Notes: generated by a model from the sequence alone, not told the origin. Shown: positions 1-15,880, counted from the first letter of the stretch. The stretch is 64,000 nucleotides of DNA from Eledone cirrhosa (GCA_964016885.1 OZ024741.1:135284001-135348000); one strand, 5' to 3'. Numbers and translations: made by a program.

Positions 1-79
1 CACACCCACGGCAGACGGGAACAACAATGAAGAAGATGTCATCATCGTTTACGATGGACAACCAAGATATATATATATA

Positions 80-400
80 GTAAATGAGTGAAGAATTCTG
101 ATGATTTGGTCGGGTATCAACTGTAATTAAAATCGAGTGAGGTAGCTTCTTGCGATCAACGATTTTTAGACACACCGGACTAATGAAACAATTGTGAATA
201 CTTTGAATAAACCCTATTGTACAGCCGACCACGTTATTCTTCACTCATTTATAATTATTACTCCAAGAACCGCTTACCCAGGAACTTTCTTAAATCGGCC
301 ACCAAACTTCTTATTGAGTCAAACAACGCCGAATGTTAAAATTATACTCGATACAGAGTACTCATAACCTCTACTTGGATTACCTTAAACGATATCTTAA
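80..400 (+). mobile_element. Small fold-back element with degenerate hammerhead-like core (PLE pLTR/retrozyme-like)
   Basis: Inverted repeat taaatgagtgaagaat (~81-96) / attcttcactcattta (~236-251). Inside it: ctgatga-ttggtcgg...ccggactaa-tgaaac-aatt-gtg, then aataaa, then ttgagtc (~314). Flanked by (TA)n on both sides. Confidence 0.5.
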
Positions 401-402
401 CT

Positions 403-577
<175 letters not shown>

Positions 578-1127
578 CAAGTTGTGTAATTCACAAAGAA
601 AAAACATACAGTTTCTTATATACTGTATATAAGATATTATTGATGTATAGGGTAAATTTTAAATGTTACTAATGACGTGTGAATAACTATTTCTATACAT
701 CTTAATATGTTATAATTCTCCAATTAACTTGTCTTTTGATTCCTCTGCATAAAAATATGTTATACTTTATAGATTTGCCTGCCACTTTCTAGAATACTTA
801 ATTGCACACGTAACCTCAAATTTATTTGTATTAAGGTATATTGATAAATTTTCCTCCTTTCCCCCCAACTATTGCGTTTCAATAAATATCAATAATTTTT
901 AATTGAGATAGATTAGATATGGATTTTCATAGCTTCGCAATGTTTCTTACTATATATGTTCGATCAGTGTATGATGATAGTGGTAATGTCAATCAGGTCG
1001 ATTTTACACACCTACTGACCCAGTTTAAATATGAACAACATTCAAACATACTCCTCTCTTAACTGTTTTGATCTCATTACATCCCTGTTGATATTTAGAT
1101 TCCTACTCATGACTAGTAAAGCTACTT

Positions 1128-1790
1128 GACTTAGCGGTTACCGTGATGGGCTCATGAATCTAAAGTCTGGAGATCTCTAACTAGGGGGAGCAAGACACTT
1201 TACTTCACATTGCTCTAGTCCACTCAGCTGGAAAAGTAAATTGCGATGTAAATGGTGCCAATTCGTATCAGTTTTTGCTTTCTTTTGGACACCATATAGT
1301 GTATATACACCATATATTATATAAAAAGAAGTGATACCGTATCACGTATGCATCTTCAGTTTATGTAATAAGCTGAAGATGCATAGGTGATACCGTCTTT
1401 CAACGTTTGTATAATATTGACACACCGATAGTACCCACGTCATGGAATACTTACGCCTGATTACACTACAGTCAGTCGATTGCTGGATCAACCAACACTG
1501 ATTACTTGGAATTATATATATGTATATATATATAGCGTATATGTAATGTATTTGTTGCAACGACATTATATAAAGTCTATGTTGTGTATATATTGTGTAT
1601 ATATTGGTTGTGATGACGCAAGTGCTAAGGTGTATTAGCCTCTGCGTTTCCCTTGGACAACATCGGTGCCACGAAGAGGGGAGACTGGCGTGCATGGGTG
1701 ACTGCTGGTCTTCCACAAAACACCTTGCCCTGGCTTGTGTCACAGAATGACAGACCCACGGGTAAGTTAGTCAATCAATTGTGCGGAATA
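1128..1790 (+). mobile_element. Degenerate tRNA-derived SINE with CORE-like domain, interrupted by an insertion
   Basis: gagcaagacactttacttcacattgctctagtccactcagctgg (~1189-1232) and ~1640-1790 match the copy at 54821-55420. Confidence 0.55.
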
Positions 1791-4700
1791 TAAAGCCAGT
1801 CTGAACGGAAGTGTGTTATTTGCTAATGCGAATCAAATAGACTTTTCACAGCTCCTGACCTAATTTAAATTTGAATAACTTTCAAGTATTCTCCTGTCTT
1901 CTATTTAGCATCATTAACATAGTGTTGATATTCAGATCGTTCTCATGGATACAATATTCACACATTTTCCCCACGGTATTCAATGCTTAACTCTCCCATT
2001 AAAACAATTCTAATGAAATACATTCTATTTCGATTCATTAATGAAGAAATTTGAGTGATTTACTAAAATTATTATTTCAATATAAAAATACTATTTGCAA
2101 AATAACTTAAATTTAAATATAAACTCTTTAAGAGTGGGGTTATTTCAGAGAACCAGAGTTTATTTTGGACAGGTTACAATCAAAAGTTTTAAGGTTTAGC
2201 TAGTCGTTCACTATAATTATTGAATAGAGTTTTATAAGTCTTATCATACCTATTCGCTGAGTTATTATGGAGTTAGAATGGCTGAGGGGTGAAAGAATTC
2301 GCTCCACAATAATTAGATCACACGTTGTATGCTGCTACCTCGTATTATGGGCAAGTATATTTTCCCCTTTCATAGCCTTAGATCGACCCAAGAATTTTGA
2401 GTGAATTTCAAAGAGGGAAACTGTGCAGGATACCGTCTGATTGCTTTGTATATTTAATTTCAAGTTTCAGCCTTGTTACATATTGTGTAATATTGATTGG
2501 GCCTGGAAATCACGTTAAGAGTAAAGATTAATTTAACAAGCTGGATTTTCTTTTGAGTGAAAACCTAAAGGCTAATCGTTGAATCCAACAGTGTCTCCAC
2601 CATCTATTTACTCTATACAGCTTTATTGCTCATTTGAGTTCGCTTGGTTCGAACCATTGGTGGAATCTCTTTATATTAAGCGGGGAAGTGGAGGAGTCGT
2701 TAGAACAACGGATAGCATACTTTGCAGTATTAATTACAGCTCTTTATGCCCTGAATTAACTTTACTTTTCATTTGTTTCCGATAAATAAAGTGCAAATCT
2801 AGTATTGGGGTAGATTCTTCTTCGAAATCTCTCATCTCTCTCTCCATCATCCACACATACGCTATCTTTTCTGGAAGAAATCAGCTGTGCTCCACCAGAT
2901 TTAAATACCCAAGACACGTCATGTATCTGGATAGAGCCCCACCGATTCCATCGGGTATTAAAGACTCTTGTGGCGATGGATTACCGACATTGGAAAAAAG
3001 AATACCTTGGCCTATATACCTCCAGGGCCTGTAGCAGACAAAGTAATGCGATACCGATTCGGTAAAACACCGCACTAATTAGAAATTGCTGTATAATTTG
3101 ACATCAGCAGCAATTCTGGCAGAGCAATTAAAAAATGAGTAGTATAATTTCCTATGATATGGAAATGTAGTCATATGAATATTCAAACTAAAAAAATATT
3201 TTATTTGTTCGTTTTTGTATTTTAAAGAAACACGTTGACCTTTAAGCAAATAAAATTACAATATAAATATTGATTTCAACTGAGAATTACCGATAAAGTT
3301 TATTAAGCTTTGCATGAAGAATACGTGCCTTCAGGTCACAGTTATTTTCATCAAGCTACATCGTTTCCGGTGGATGAAAAAAACTTCTATCACTCTACTA
3401 TTTCAATTTACATTTGACTACTTTGTTATGTAAATACCACATAGATTTCCAATAACTAGCAAATCAAACTCATTTAAATTTAACATTTAATATAAATGGT
3501 TTTATTTTCAAGGAAAGGACTCTTGATGTATTGGCATCAACGAGTTTATCTAATTACTAGAGCCATTAAACATATCAACATGCTTTTTTCAGAATTTTAA
3601 TTCATTCGAAACGAAATGAGAACTTCTCTATCTCTATAAGGCATCGAATTAACAGAGTTGTTAGAACGTTGGATAACATTCTTCCAGGCTTTCTCTACCT
3701 TCAGTTCAGATGGCGTCGAAGTCAACTTTTCCTTAAGGTTGATTACGTGGTCAAATTCTTTTTCTTACAATAATTCTCTCTTTCTCTCCGTCTCTCTCTC
3801 CCTCTCTCTCTCTCTCCGTCACTCTCTCCCTCTCTCTACGTCTCTCTCTCCCTCTTTCTCTCCGTCCCTCTCTCCCTCTTTCTCTACTCCTCTGGAAGTA
3901 ATCGGCTGTGTTTCAACCTAGAGAGGGATGGACCCCATCAGGATTTCAAGGCTCATGGAACACGGGTAGCTGTGTTTTCATTTCATGGAAAAGACTCTCT
4001 TGGCTACTGATATATTAGCAACAATTAGTCTCTCAAATTACTAGAGTACTTAAACGTAGCAACATTCTTTTTCTCAGAATTTTAATTCATTTCGAAACGA
4101 AAAACCATTTCTATCTTACGGAAAATCTGAACTGTATGACTTTAGGACTTCCATCCATTTTAATTTTTAAGGTGGGCCATATTTAGTTTACTAGCTTATT
4201 GACAAGATAAGCGAATAAAAAAGGAGATCATGATGTTATTAAATTTTATTCGTGTAAATCTACATACGTATATTAAATGGTCGAAATGCTTTCCATTTGC
4301 AAGTACCCCATTATTGTGCTTCTGTAATCAGTAAGCTAATTACAACCCACCCTCTATTGGGCCAATTTTTGTTTAATCCCAATTGATAGCGTAGACATAT
4401 GATCAAATATGCTCTAGTCGAGACCAACCCTTTATTTTCAGACATAGTATTTCTTGGACTACATTATTGAATGTATCATTCCTTGTTGTGTAGCACCAAG
4501 TCAGACCTATGATTAAGGGCATTCTGGCTGTCACCATCGACATCTTTTTAAACATAGTTTACCTCGGATTATATTATCGAATAATGTTTAACACCAGGTC
4601 AAGCCTATGACTGAACACTTTCTGATCGTGACTCACATTTATATTCAGATATTTTTATCTAGTATGTCAATTCTATGTTTCAGATTACAGGATGTTATCT

Positions 4701-5121
4701 GAGGAAGATTGGTTGCTATTTCTATCATGTTCAGTGACAGAATAGATACTCCCTTGTTGAGTAGTTTGTGCTGACATGAAAGGCACTATGCTTAGTTAGT
4801 TGTTAAGAATAATGTAATTGCTTATTTTTATGCCCCAACAATTCGTTCATGGTCGAGCTTGGAGGTAATAGAATCGTTTCCTTCTTCAGCAGACTATCAA
4901 TTATTTCAAATTTTAAATAACTGTGTAGGTAATAAAACAAAACAACACTCACTTATATTCCCTCTATATTAGTAAATAATTATGTGACGACCAAAGAGTG
5001 TTTTTTATTTTTTATTTTGCTATCCAATTCTCTTTGATGTCACTGAACTGGAAGTGTTTTGTTTTTTTGTCTTTCACTTATTACTGTTATCATTATTAAA
5101 TACTTGTCTTTCTGTGTACAG

Positions 5122-5188
5122 ATCGAAGAACAGAGAGAAAGGCGCCTATATAGCTCAACCAACTCCCATCACCAACGTTACAAAATAA
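5122..5188 (+). CDS. Candidate terminal coding exon of an unidentified host gene
   Basis: Pyrimidine-rich acceptor cttgtctttctgtgtacag. One frame reads (x)SKNREKGAYIAQPTPITNVTK*. AT-rich downstream region with AATAAA near 5630. No homology recognised. Confidence 0.3.
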
Positions 5189-5466
5189 TATAGCATCAGT
5201 AACTCCCATATGGGAAATGAGGGGGTCATCAATTTATGTCAACTTCTTTCGTCATTTATATTTACTTTTTGTGCAATTAATGTTGATAACGTTATTTCAG
5301 AACTATGCGTTTCTTTTCTAGTATATGATTAAATTAATTTGTTCATTAGCGTTAGTATGCGTTCGTTTCTTTTTCTATTATATTAGCGCTTGTTATTTTT
5401 TTGTTTTTGCTTTATTTTAAACAGATAATTCCCTTCAGAACTGCATCCACTGCGCTGCTGCTGTAG

Positions 5467-5544
<78 letters not shown>

Positions 5545-6080
5545 TTATGTATTTGTTTATTTGATTTCTTTTTTCGTACCATATTAGTGTAGATTATCTG
5601 GTTTTATCGTTTTGTTTGTTTGGTTTATCAAATAAAAATTCTGTTTTGTAACTGTGCCACTCGGGAGAAATCAATTCGAGACATAATAATAATCAACCAT
5701 CGGAAACTATTTATGTTGAGATCCAAAATCAATGTACTATAAATCCTTTTGACGGAACTACCAGCCGAAACAATCTTTCTAGCAACATGGTGCTGGCTCA
5801 AGTACCATTTCGTTTACAACGTGTCCGCCATTATTGCTAGCGGTAAATTTAAGTTGTGTTCGACTAATGTCATATTTTGCAGCTTTGTCTATCTAACAGT
5901 GCACACCTCTCTCTCCCTCTCTGCTTAAAAGAAAAATCATATCGGAAATCGATTGTTACTTAATGAAAAAGTTAAATATTACAACTTTGAACGTTACTTG
6001 TGATACTCAAACTCTATTTATATATGCATCTGTTTCTCTTATTCAACCTCTTACAGACTACTGTGTGTATAAGTGTATAT

Positions 6081-6167
<87 letters not shown>

Positions 6168-6231
6168 CATATACATACATATATAAATATGCCAATACAG
6201 GCATGCTTAATTGTCAATCTCTCTATAGATA

Positions 6232-6380
6232 ACTGTTTCTACTTTTGCCACAAGGCCAGCAATTAACCAGTGCATTACTGGTACTTTATTTTATCGACCC
6301 CGTAAGGATGAAAGGCAAAGTTAACCTCGGCAGGATTTGAACTCAGAATGGCAAGGGCCGTAACTATGCGTCAAAGCATA
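6232..6380 (-). mobile_element. tRNA-derived SINE (Meta-domain-like), partial
   Basis: Reverse complement of the 56284-56475 consensus: ggtactttattttatcgaccccgtaaggatgaaaggcaaagttaacctcggcaggatttgaactcag. Confidence 0.85.
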
Positions 6381-6413
6381 GATAACGATAAAGAGATAGG
6401 CTTGTATATATAC

Positions 6414-6528
<115 letters not shown>

Positions 6529-7519
6529 GTGTGTGTATGTGTGTGATTGTATCAAGTATGTGTAAAGACACTGATTCGGAAACACATCTATATATGTAGA
6601 ATATTAAAAGAAAATATACCCAAGGACGCCTACCGCGTGAAAACCTGATAGTAGAGTGGTCAATAAATTTTGATTAATTAAAGTTCACAATGCTAAAAAC
6701 ACCGATTTTTATAATAGAAAAGGACCGGGATACACACCATTCAGTTTTCGTTTATCAAGTGCCAGTCTCTAAACATTTGTAAATCAAGGACTTTATTAGA
6801 AGATTCTTGTCCCAAATTGCTGCGCAATCAGTTTGAAGACGCCACAACACAATGAAGTGGACAACTTCAGAAGTACACAGCTAAACTTGTTATTATTTGT
6901 TTTAAATTAAGGAAACATTAAACATTTGTGTAAATATGTATAAAAACCTGCAGAGTAAACCAAAGAACCTTACTTATATATTTTTTTGAATATTCATGTA
7001 CTGACAATTGGTTCCTGATGTAGTCGCAGGGGCATCTCTGCAGATCTGAATACAAACCCCCAGACTTATGAACACAGCCAATTTCTTCTTCTTCTTCTTC
7101 TTCTTCTTCTTCTTCTTCTTCTTCTTCGAGAGAGAGATTTATAGAATCACGCTCCAGTACTGGGCTAGTACTTTATTTATCGACCTTGAAAGGATGAAAG
7201 GTAAAGTTGACCTCGGTGAGCTGTGAATACAAGTCTCAGAAAACCGGAATGAATACACCAAAACATTGAAGCCGACGCTTTAATGATTCTGTTAATAGTC
7301 CGCCTTAAAATATTTTGCTTATTAACAAATGTACTAATGATCATACTAACCTATACAGTGTATAATGCTTATATATTTCTACACCTCTAGATAAGCTCTA
7401 GGTTTTGTTTTGCCGTAAGGTATTGAATGTTAAATGTAAGTATGCATAAAACCATAATATGCATAATACTCTAATGTGTGTGTTTGCGCACAAGGACACA
7501 TACAGACAAATATATATAC

Positions 7520-8275
7520 TCTAGAACTGATCTGCAAAACTTTCTGAATGTACTAGCCAAACATTCACTAGTGGCTGGCTTACACATCAACATCTCCAAA
7601 ACGAAGTGTATGACAACTGATAAAAACAATGCCAATCTCCAACTTACTATCTACAATCAAGAAATTGCTCAAGTTTCGGAATTTGTATATCTCGGTCACA
7701 AACTATCATCAAACAACAATGGAATAGTTGCTGTGCAGTATCGCATTGCTCTAGGATGGACAGCTTTCAACAAGAACAAGGAAGTACTAACATCAAAACG
7801 AGTTTCCTATCATTTGAAGTCTAAGATCTTCGATACTTACATCCTACCAGTTATGTTATACGGTCTTGGTTGTGTTAATTGGACGACAAGGTCACTTCAG
7901 AAGCTCTCTACATTCCAAAACCATATCATCAGACTTATGACTAGCAAGCGACTCAGCGACCGTATCTGTGTCAGTGAGCTGCTCAACATCACCAGGCTTA
8001 GACCAATCACATCAGTTGTCAGGCCAAGAGTGCTTAAACTGTATGGTCATATCAAAAGATCAACTCGAGGTGTGAGTAAGTTATGCTTAGAAGGAAAGTT
8101 GGCTGGTAAGAGAAGCAGAGGTCGGCAGCCAAAATGATGGTTTGATAATGTCAACTTATGGACTGGATTTGCTCTTTGCTCTTTAAACTCTACTGTTGGT
8201 GATCGAACAACTTTGTGGGAAAAAATATCTCATGTTGATGCGCAGTCTGCAACTGGCGGAGTTTAGCATCTGGAG
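7520..8275 (+). pseudogene. 5'-truncated RTE-clade LINE, RT C-terminal region
   Basis: ORF 7478-8137 has GLHINISKTKCM, EFVYLG, YILPVMLYG, LYGHIKR and GKRSRGRQP, then W-D-N beyond a stop; typical RTE ORF 3' end. Confidence 0.9.
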
Positions 8276-8894
8276 AATATATAAACGTACACATATGCAT
8301 ATACGCAGAAATAAATATGCTCAGGCAAAAATAAAGAAATAAGGATTATGAGACCGGCATTATGGACGATTTCAAATTGATAGTGTATGGTTATGAGGGT
8401 AACGGGGGCCCAGAGAGGATAGGAAAGGAGTTATGTTCGATGATATGGTCAGTGTCCTTGATATTTGACGGCCGAGTAGCTATAAGGGTTTACATTGCTG
8501 GAAAGTAGTTCATTGGTGCAAACACTGGATGGGTTTATGGGCTGATCAAAATGGTTGGGTCTGTGCCGTATAAAAAGAAAAGACATAGTAGTCCAGTGAT
8601 TCTCTGAAATCCAGGCCACATTCCTCTGCTTATAATTCCAGGTTTTCTCAGTTTCTCCCCATATTCAAATTCTCATTTAGTAAGTCTTTACGCAACTACC
8701 ATAATAAGATAAGCAATATTCTTAAACCTCAATAATTGTATAGTTCCAACTGGAGTTAAGACTGAAGCAGCTGATTTCTTGTGAACTGTTAATTGAGGAT
8801 TGCCTTTATAGTTTAGAACGTTGGTATTTCCTTTAATATATACACAATGTACACTATAGTTGGTTATATTGGTATTTTGATATATACGCACTGT

Positions 8895-9088
8895 GCATGT
8901 GGATTGGCAGTATCGGTAGAAGATCGGACGTCATGCTTTGCAGAAAAGAGTTACGTCCCTTTACGGTCTGAGTTCAAATCCCGCCGAGGTTAACTTTGCC
9001 GTTCATCCTTGCAGGTTAGATTAAATAAAGTACCAGTAATGCACTGGGGTAATTGCTGGCCTTGTGCCAAAAAGTAGAAACAATTATA
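8895..9088 (+). mobile_element. tRNA-derived SINE (Meta-domain-like)
   Basis: gtggattggcagtatcggtaga (A box), gagttcaaatccc (B box), gccgaggttaactttgcc; 3' end ggccttgtgccaaaaagtagaaacaatt. Confidence 0.88.
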
Positions 9089-9137
9089 GTTGGGTATATT
9101 GGTATTTCATTTGATATATATATTATATATATAGACA

Positions 9138-9262
9138 TAATTGTTTCTACTTTAGGCACAAGGCCAGCAATTTTAAGAGGAGGAAAATCGATTAAATCGA
9201 CCCAGTGCGTAATGGTACTTTATTTTATCGACCTCGTAAGGATGAAAGGCAAAGCTGACCTA
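9138..9262 (-). mobile_element. tRNA-derived SINE (Meta-domain-like), 3' fragment
   Basis: ggcacaaggccagcaatt...tatcgacctcgtaaggatgaaaggcaaag. Confidence 0.8.
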
Positions 9263-9819
9263 GACATAATGTACCGTATACTGTCATGTTTAGATTCCAC
9301 CCCTATGATTGAGAATCACTCTAGTAGAGATACAAGGTGCGTTTTTAATAGGACTAGTCTGGATGAGAAGGGTTACTGGGAAAGAGGTTAGAGCCTTAGT
9401 AATACGAGAAAGCAGTGTTGGGTTCCGGAGTAGGTGATCCATGAGTAGATTTTGAAGAAATATGTATTGATGAGTGAAGTCGTATTACTTAGTGGTCATG
9501 GTATTTGGTTCCTGATTGTAAGGTCGGTCCTGAGTCTGATTCATAGTGGCGCGTTGTATACTTGAGCAAGACAGTTTATTTCTCGTTGCTTCATTTAACT
9601 TAACTGGCAAATATGAGCTGTGCCTGTAATGCAAACGGCCACACTTGTCACACGCCGGCACATTAAGCAGTTGGCATAAAGGTGGCGTCGTTTCTGTATG
9701 TAGAATATCACTGTTCAAGAGGTACACTACAAGGCAATTGTTACTGTGGAGTAAGGCTGTTTAATGGTTATTCTAGATGAGTATCACTTTGAGATAAGCA
9801 AGGGACAGTATGGAATGGA

Positions 9820-10130
9820 CAGCCGTCGGATTCGACGATGAGTCTTCCAGTTGTATGATCAACAGAACAGCCTGCACATGAAACTAATGCTTATTTTTCT
9901 GAGCATTTCACAGTCACGTGGATCCTTAGCATTATTCTCGAGGGGACAAAGTGTGTGTCTGACAAGGCTGCCTCTTTGAATTACAAGTACAGTCCACCCG
10001 ACGGGCTTCTAAACAGTTTCTGTTAACTCAATTTCACTCGAAAGGTATGCGTCGACCAGAGGCTATGATAACGACACGTGCCCAAGCTGACCAAATGATT
10101 GCGAAGTAAACATCTTAACCATTCTACCAT
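9820..10130 (-). mobile_element. Second SINE family, degenerate (related copies ~12345-12610 minus, ~12955-13260 plus, ~34130-34300)
   Basis: Shared body gatcaacagaacagcctgc...tgacaaggctg...ttgaattacaagtaca, with a tRNA-like head at the right end. Confidence 0.6.
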
Positions 10131-13049
10131 AGAAACAACAGAATATAATGTCGTTTTGATACTCTTGATACTTAAAAATCCTACCATGTAGCTATTTATT
10201 TCACCAAGTAGTTATGCAATCGATAAAATCAATTTGATGAAACAAAATTCACCTAGAATGTAATCAACTCCGAAATTTACCTGAAATTGAAATACAGCGA
10301 CAAATTTGTTTCCTCACAACGATAAATATATTTAGTCTCGTTTGCTATTAATCTATCTGTAAGGTATTATGTCTATCATTTGTTTAACCATTCATTGCCA
10401 ATCGTATAGTAATATTTCTCCTACATGGCGGTCGAGTGTCGCGTGGGGTATGTATTTCGGCACATGCGCTCTGAGTTTATATACCACCGAGGTAAAATGT
10501 TGCCTTTCATCTTTTCGGAGTCGATAAAATACCAGTCTAAGTGTGGTGGATTAGCAGAATTGTAAAAAAACAAAAACAAAAACAAAAACAAAAAAGGATT
10601 GGCTCCTTTGTTGTACCTTCTGAGTTCACATACTGCTCCCTCATACTAGGAGTTGCGACCGACAAATAGTTCCGGCAGTGAAAGGACTAATAGAAATATA
10701 GTTTTCTTTGTCCGATTTAATGTTTCATGACAGGATGCCCGGATGCCCTTCTTGGTGCTAACCCTTTTAGTTGCCTTTTACAACATACTAGGAAACGACG
10801 TACATATTCTAAACCAGATACACACAGACTCTGGATCACATCTAAAATCTCCCTGTAGCAGACTCAAGGACATACTAGGTATTTTTTTTATCGTACCTTG
10901 GTATAATCAACTGGTCTATTGTTCCCCGAGCTCTGTGCATGTACTGTTTCGGCTCTACAGGAATTAGCTTATTTTTTGTAGTTGTTTAATTATTCGGTTA
11001 AATACTATTATGGAGAGATCTGTATGGATTACCAACAGATATGGGTTGTGGTGATAGTTAGATTGGTCATCTGTTGGTCATTTCAATGGAATAATTGCTA
11101 TCAAAACTGTAAATAGCCATTTAGGCACTTGATTCGGATTATAACACTTTTGATATCAACCCAGCTAAAACGAGCCCTGGTTCTATGAATCACAGCTACC
11201 TAGTTTAAAGTGTTACTATTTTAAGTATAATCGTCTACGATAATTTTATACAAGAACCTTATATTAAGTTATTCCGCCGAGGATAACTTTGCCTTGCATC
11301 CTTACGGGGTCGATAAAATAAAGTACCAGTATTGCTGGCCTAGTAGAAACAATTATTTTAGCAATGAAATAAACAATAATTTTAGCAAATCTTTCAAAAT
11401 TTGTCATTGTTTGACTGAAATAAAATAAAATTGAAATATCACAATACAATTAATCATTTTCATATTAACCCAGTCAAAACCGTCTCTGGATATACGAAAT
11501 AAAAATCGCCAATTTTGAAAGGTTCCTATTTAAATCAAAATCTTCCATCATATGTTGCGTTTTAGTAAATCCTTAAAATTGCTTTAATAATTAATTGAAA
11601 TCGAGTGTAAATCATAAGAGATACGGTGACAAAATAGGTAAGATCCTACTCTAGATATGAAATAATAATTTTAGCAAATCCTTCAAAATCTTTCATTAAT
11701 TAAGGGTAATTCTGTATTATATTAAAAATACAGTCTCAGAAGGGTTATGTTACTAACTTAGTAATGAAGTATATAATGATGTTAGTATACCCTCAAAATT
11801 CTTCAATAATTAATCGGAATAGGAATAAGATGTATTTAAATAGAAATATGGTCAAGGGGGTATCAAAGATGGAAGATATCTGGCAATGTAGTATGTCAGA
11901 TGACATTAACCAAAACATCGGAATGTTATCAATGCCTGGTCGTTTCCACTTCAGGAAAGACTATAAAACAAGCGTCAATTCAGATATTTTATTGCTGCGA
12001 GATGTCTTTTCCTATTTTCTATTATTGCTATGTGATATTCTAGCCAGCTATTTTTTCTTTTATTATATCAGGTTTCGTTTTCAATAGCAGATTTCGAGTA
12101 TGCTTCTAATATTTCTTTTAGTTGGTATCTTATGAGTGTATATATTGTAACTGCATATTCTCCTATAGAAGTTTTGCGTGTTGCTTTAAAAGATGTGGTT
12201 TTATGGGTATAGTTTTTTCTCGAATATTGTACTTTTTAAATCTATTATTTAAAGCTGGTACCTTTATTGTTTGTTTTGAGGTTTCAAGTGTTTGCAGTCG
12301 TGTTTATTCATTGTATCTTTTGTATTTGTAAAGAAACGGACCTCTGTCAGTTTCGACGATGAGTGTTTGAGTTGTTCGATCAACAGAACAGATTGCTGTG
12401 GAAAGTAACAGGCTTAGGATTCGACAGGCACGTCATTCTCAGGGTGATTCAGTGTGACAAAACTGGTCATTTCAATTACTAAATAGTTTTACTCACAATG
12501 CATGGGTCGAACCAAGCCTATGGTAAATGACAATTGCCCAAGATGTCACGTGTTGGAATCGTCGGATCCAAGACCTAATAATTGTGAAGCGAATTCCTTT
12601 AGCATGCTGCGGTACGCATTTTTATTAGTTTTTATTAGTCATATTTTGTTGCACAAGAAATCAGTCACTGAGGAGGTCACTGAATGTGTGACGAAAGAGC
12701 TTTGACAATATATATATATTGTTGGTTGCCTTTATTTTGCAACGATACATTTAATCCAGCAAAGTCCATTGCTGTGACTATGTAAGTGATGCAGAGGATT
12801 TATCTGGCCATTCACCGCGATACTGCCTTTGCCATTTTGTCCACAGGGCGCTCAGACATTGTTTGATTCTTTTTTTCTTCTTTTCATTTCCTTTTTTTCT
12901 TCTAATATTGTGTTTTGTTTTTGTATTAAGAGAAATTTGTTAATGAAGTGGCCTTATAGCTTACGGTATTAAGCTCACAATCATTAGTTGGGTTTCCAGT
13001 TGGATGCCAGTGCAAGACACTTTGTTGTACGTGTAATTTGAGAGTCCTG

Positions 13050-13138
13050 TCTTGTCACACTCTGTCTTACGCCTGTCACACTCTGTGTTACGCCTGTCAC
13101 ACTCTGTGTTACGCCTGTCACACTCTGTCTTACGCCGA
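13050..13138. repeat. 21-bp tandem repeat x4 inside a SINE
   Basis: gtcacactctgt(c/g)ttacgcct repeated four times. Confidence 0.92.
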
Positions 13139-13414
13139 ATTTCTCCGAGGAGTATGTAATATGTGTACGTGTTTGTAGAATGTTCAGTGACCTGCACGTT
13201 AATTTCGTTTCGTTGACTCAATCAAATGGAACAATCGTCCTCCTAACCGACGAACATTCAATACTATTTCGCATTGAGGTTAAGAAACTTGTATCAGTAT
13301 AAGCTTTTCACAAATTACTCTACAGCATGCTATTACTACCACTCTAAAATTTAAAGTAACTTCTATACACGCACACACACACACAAACATATATATGTAT
13401 ATATATTATATATA

Positions 13415-14212
<798 letters not shown>

Positions 14213-14280
14213 TATATATATATATATGTGTATAAGATCTTCTTCCTGGTCATGTCAATATGTATATATGTATATATATA

Positions 14281-14387
<107 letters not shown>

Positions 14388-14530
14388 AGTATATGTTGGT
14401 TGTATACCAAAACCTTAGTATGCAGATTGGAGCACTCGACGAAGTGCGCAGGTTGGTTTGGTTACTCCGGAGTAATGTAAAATAAAATAAAATAAATAAG
14501 TCAAATGTTTAAAATTTGGCTTCGTTTATT

Positions 14531-14585
14531 ACTGCTATCTCTATTTCGGTGACAGCCATCCCTGGCTGTGACCTCTTCAGGCAGT
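14531..14585 (-). ncRNA. Minimal type-I hammerhead ribozyme
   Basis: Minus strand: actgc CTGAAGA ggtcacagcca-ggga-tggctgtcacc GAAA tagaga TA gcagt; stems I and II pair. Confidence 0.8.
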
Positions 14586-15880
14586 CCGAATTAGTGTGGT
14601 AGAGACGAGCACACATGTTGTTAAGGTGTTTAACTTTGTCAATATTCTGATATGCCCAGTTCCTGGTTGGGTTGTTATTTCACTGAGGAACTGGAATCAT
14701 ATGAATTTAAACAAACGAATTTCAGTGTCAAAGGGTCTCATCTCCTCTCATTGGTCAGTTGTTAGAACATTCCGCAGTCCAAAGTCTATAGAAATTCGTT
14801 CTGAGGCAAGCCAATCTGTAGTTGTTGTTCTTGTTATTGTTAGGTACATCTGACCTCTATTCTTATGTTGGTAGTGGTGTTGTTGTTGGAGTCAGCTAAA
14901 AAGAAATGATTAAGTGGTAGAAGGAATAAGATGGTAAAGGAAAAAATAAAATAAAATAATCGAATAAAAGTGTATGTGTGTTATACCCATCTAAATGTTA
15001 TAAAGATTTGTAAGGTCACTCTTCCCATTGGTCAGTTTTGAGAGCATTCCTCAGTCAAACGTCTATAGAAATTCTTTCTGGGGTGAGGCTCCCTGTAGTG
15101 TTTGTGTTTGCTATTGTTAGGTACATCTGACTTCTACCCTTATTTTGGTAGTGTTGTTGGTGTTGTGGTCAGCCTATGTCTTGCTGCTGCTGACATTTAG
15201 AAGTATCTGTGTGTGTGTTTCTTCATCCCTCCTGCCACCATCTCCCGTGGTGGTGGTGGTGGTGGGCGGGGGTTCTGCCATGTATATGAAGAAATAGAAG
15301 GCAATAAAATGAAGAAAACAGAAAATAGATTATAATAGAGAATAAATGAAAAATTAATGAAAAGGGATATGGTGGCAGGAGTGATGAAGAAACACATAGA
15401 AAGAATTTCTATCGACTTTTGACTGAGGAATGCTCTCAAAACTGACCAATGGGAAGAATGACCTTACAATTCTTTATAACATTGAGATGGGTATAACACA
15501 CACACACACATTTTATTCGATTATTTTATTTTATTTTATTTTGTTCCTTTACCATCTTATTCCTTCTGCCACTTAATCATTTTTTTTAGCTGACTTCAAC
15601 AACAACACCACTACCAACATAAGAATAGAGGTCAGATGTACCCAACAACTGCAGATTGGCTTGCCTCAGAACGAATTTCTATAGACTTTGGAGTGAGGAA
15701 TGTTCTAACAACTGACCAATGAGAGGAGATGAGGCGCTTTGACACTGAAATTCGTTTGTTTAAATTCATATGATTCCAGTTCCTCAGTGAAATAACAACC
15801 CAACCCGCAACTGGCCACATCAAAGTATTGACAAAGTTGAACACCTTAACAACATGTGTGCTCGTCTCGGACTAATTCGG

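Noticed and set aside
2881-3780. Short ORFs 2881-3075 (-) and an open minus frame at ~3600-3765
   Set aside because: No recognisable motifs or splice signals
8330-9480. Possible very degenerate Penelope ORF remnants (also ~11780-12330)
   Set aside because: Only vague resemblance by eye; needs a translated HMM search, so not reported as a feature
13050-13138. Short regularly spaced repeats resembling a CRISPR array (also 54562-54691, 53345-53540)
   Set aside because: Head-to-tail tandem repeats without unique spacers, no cas genes, eukaryotic context
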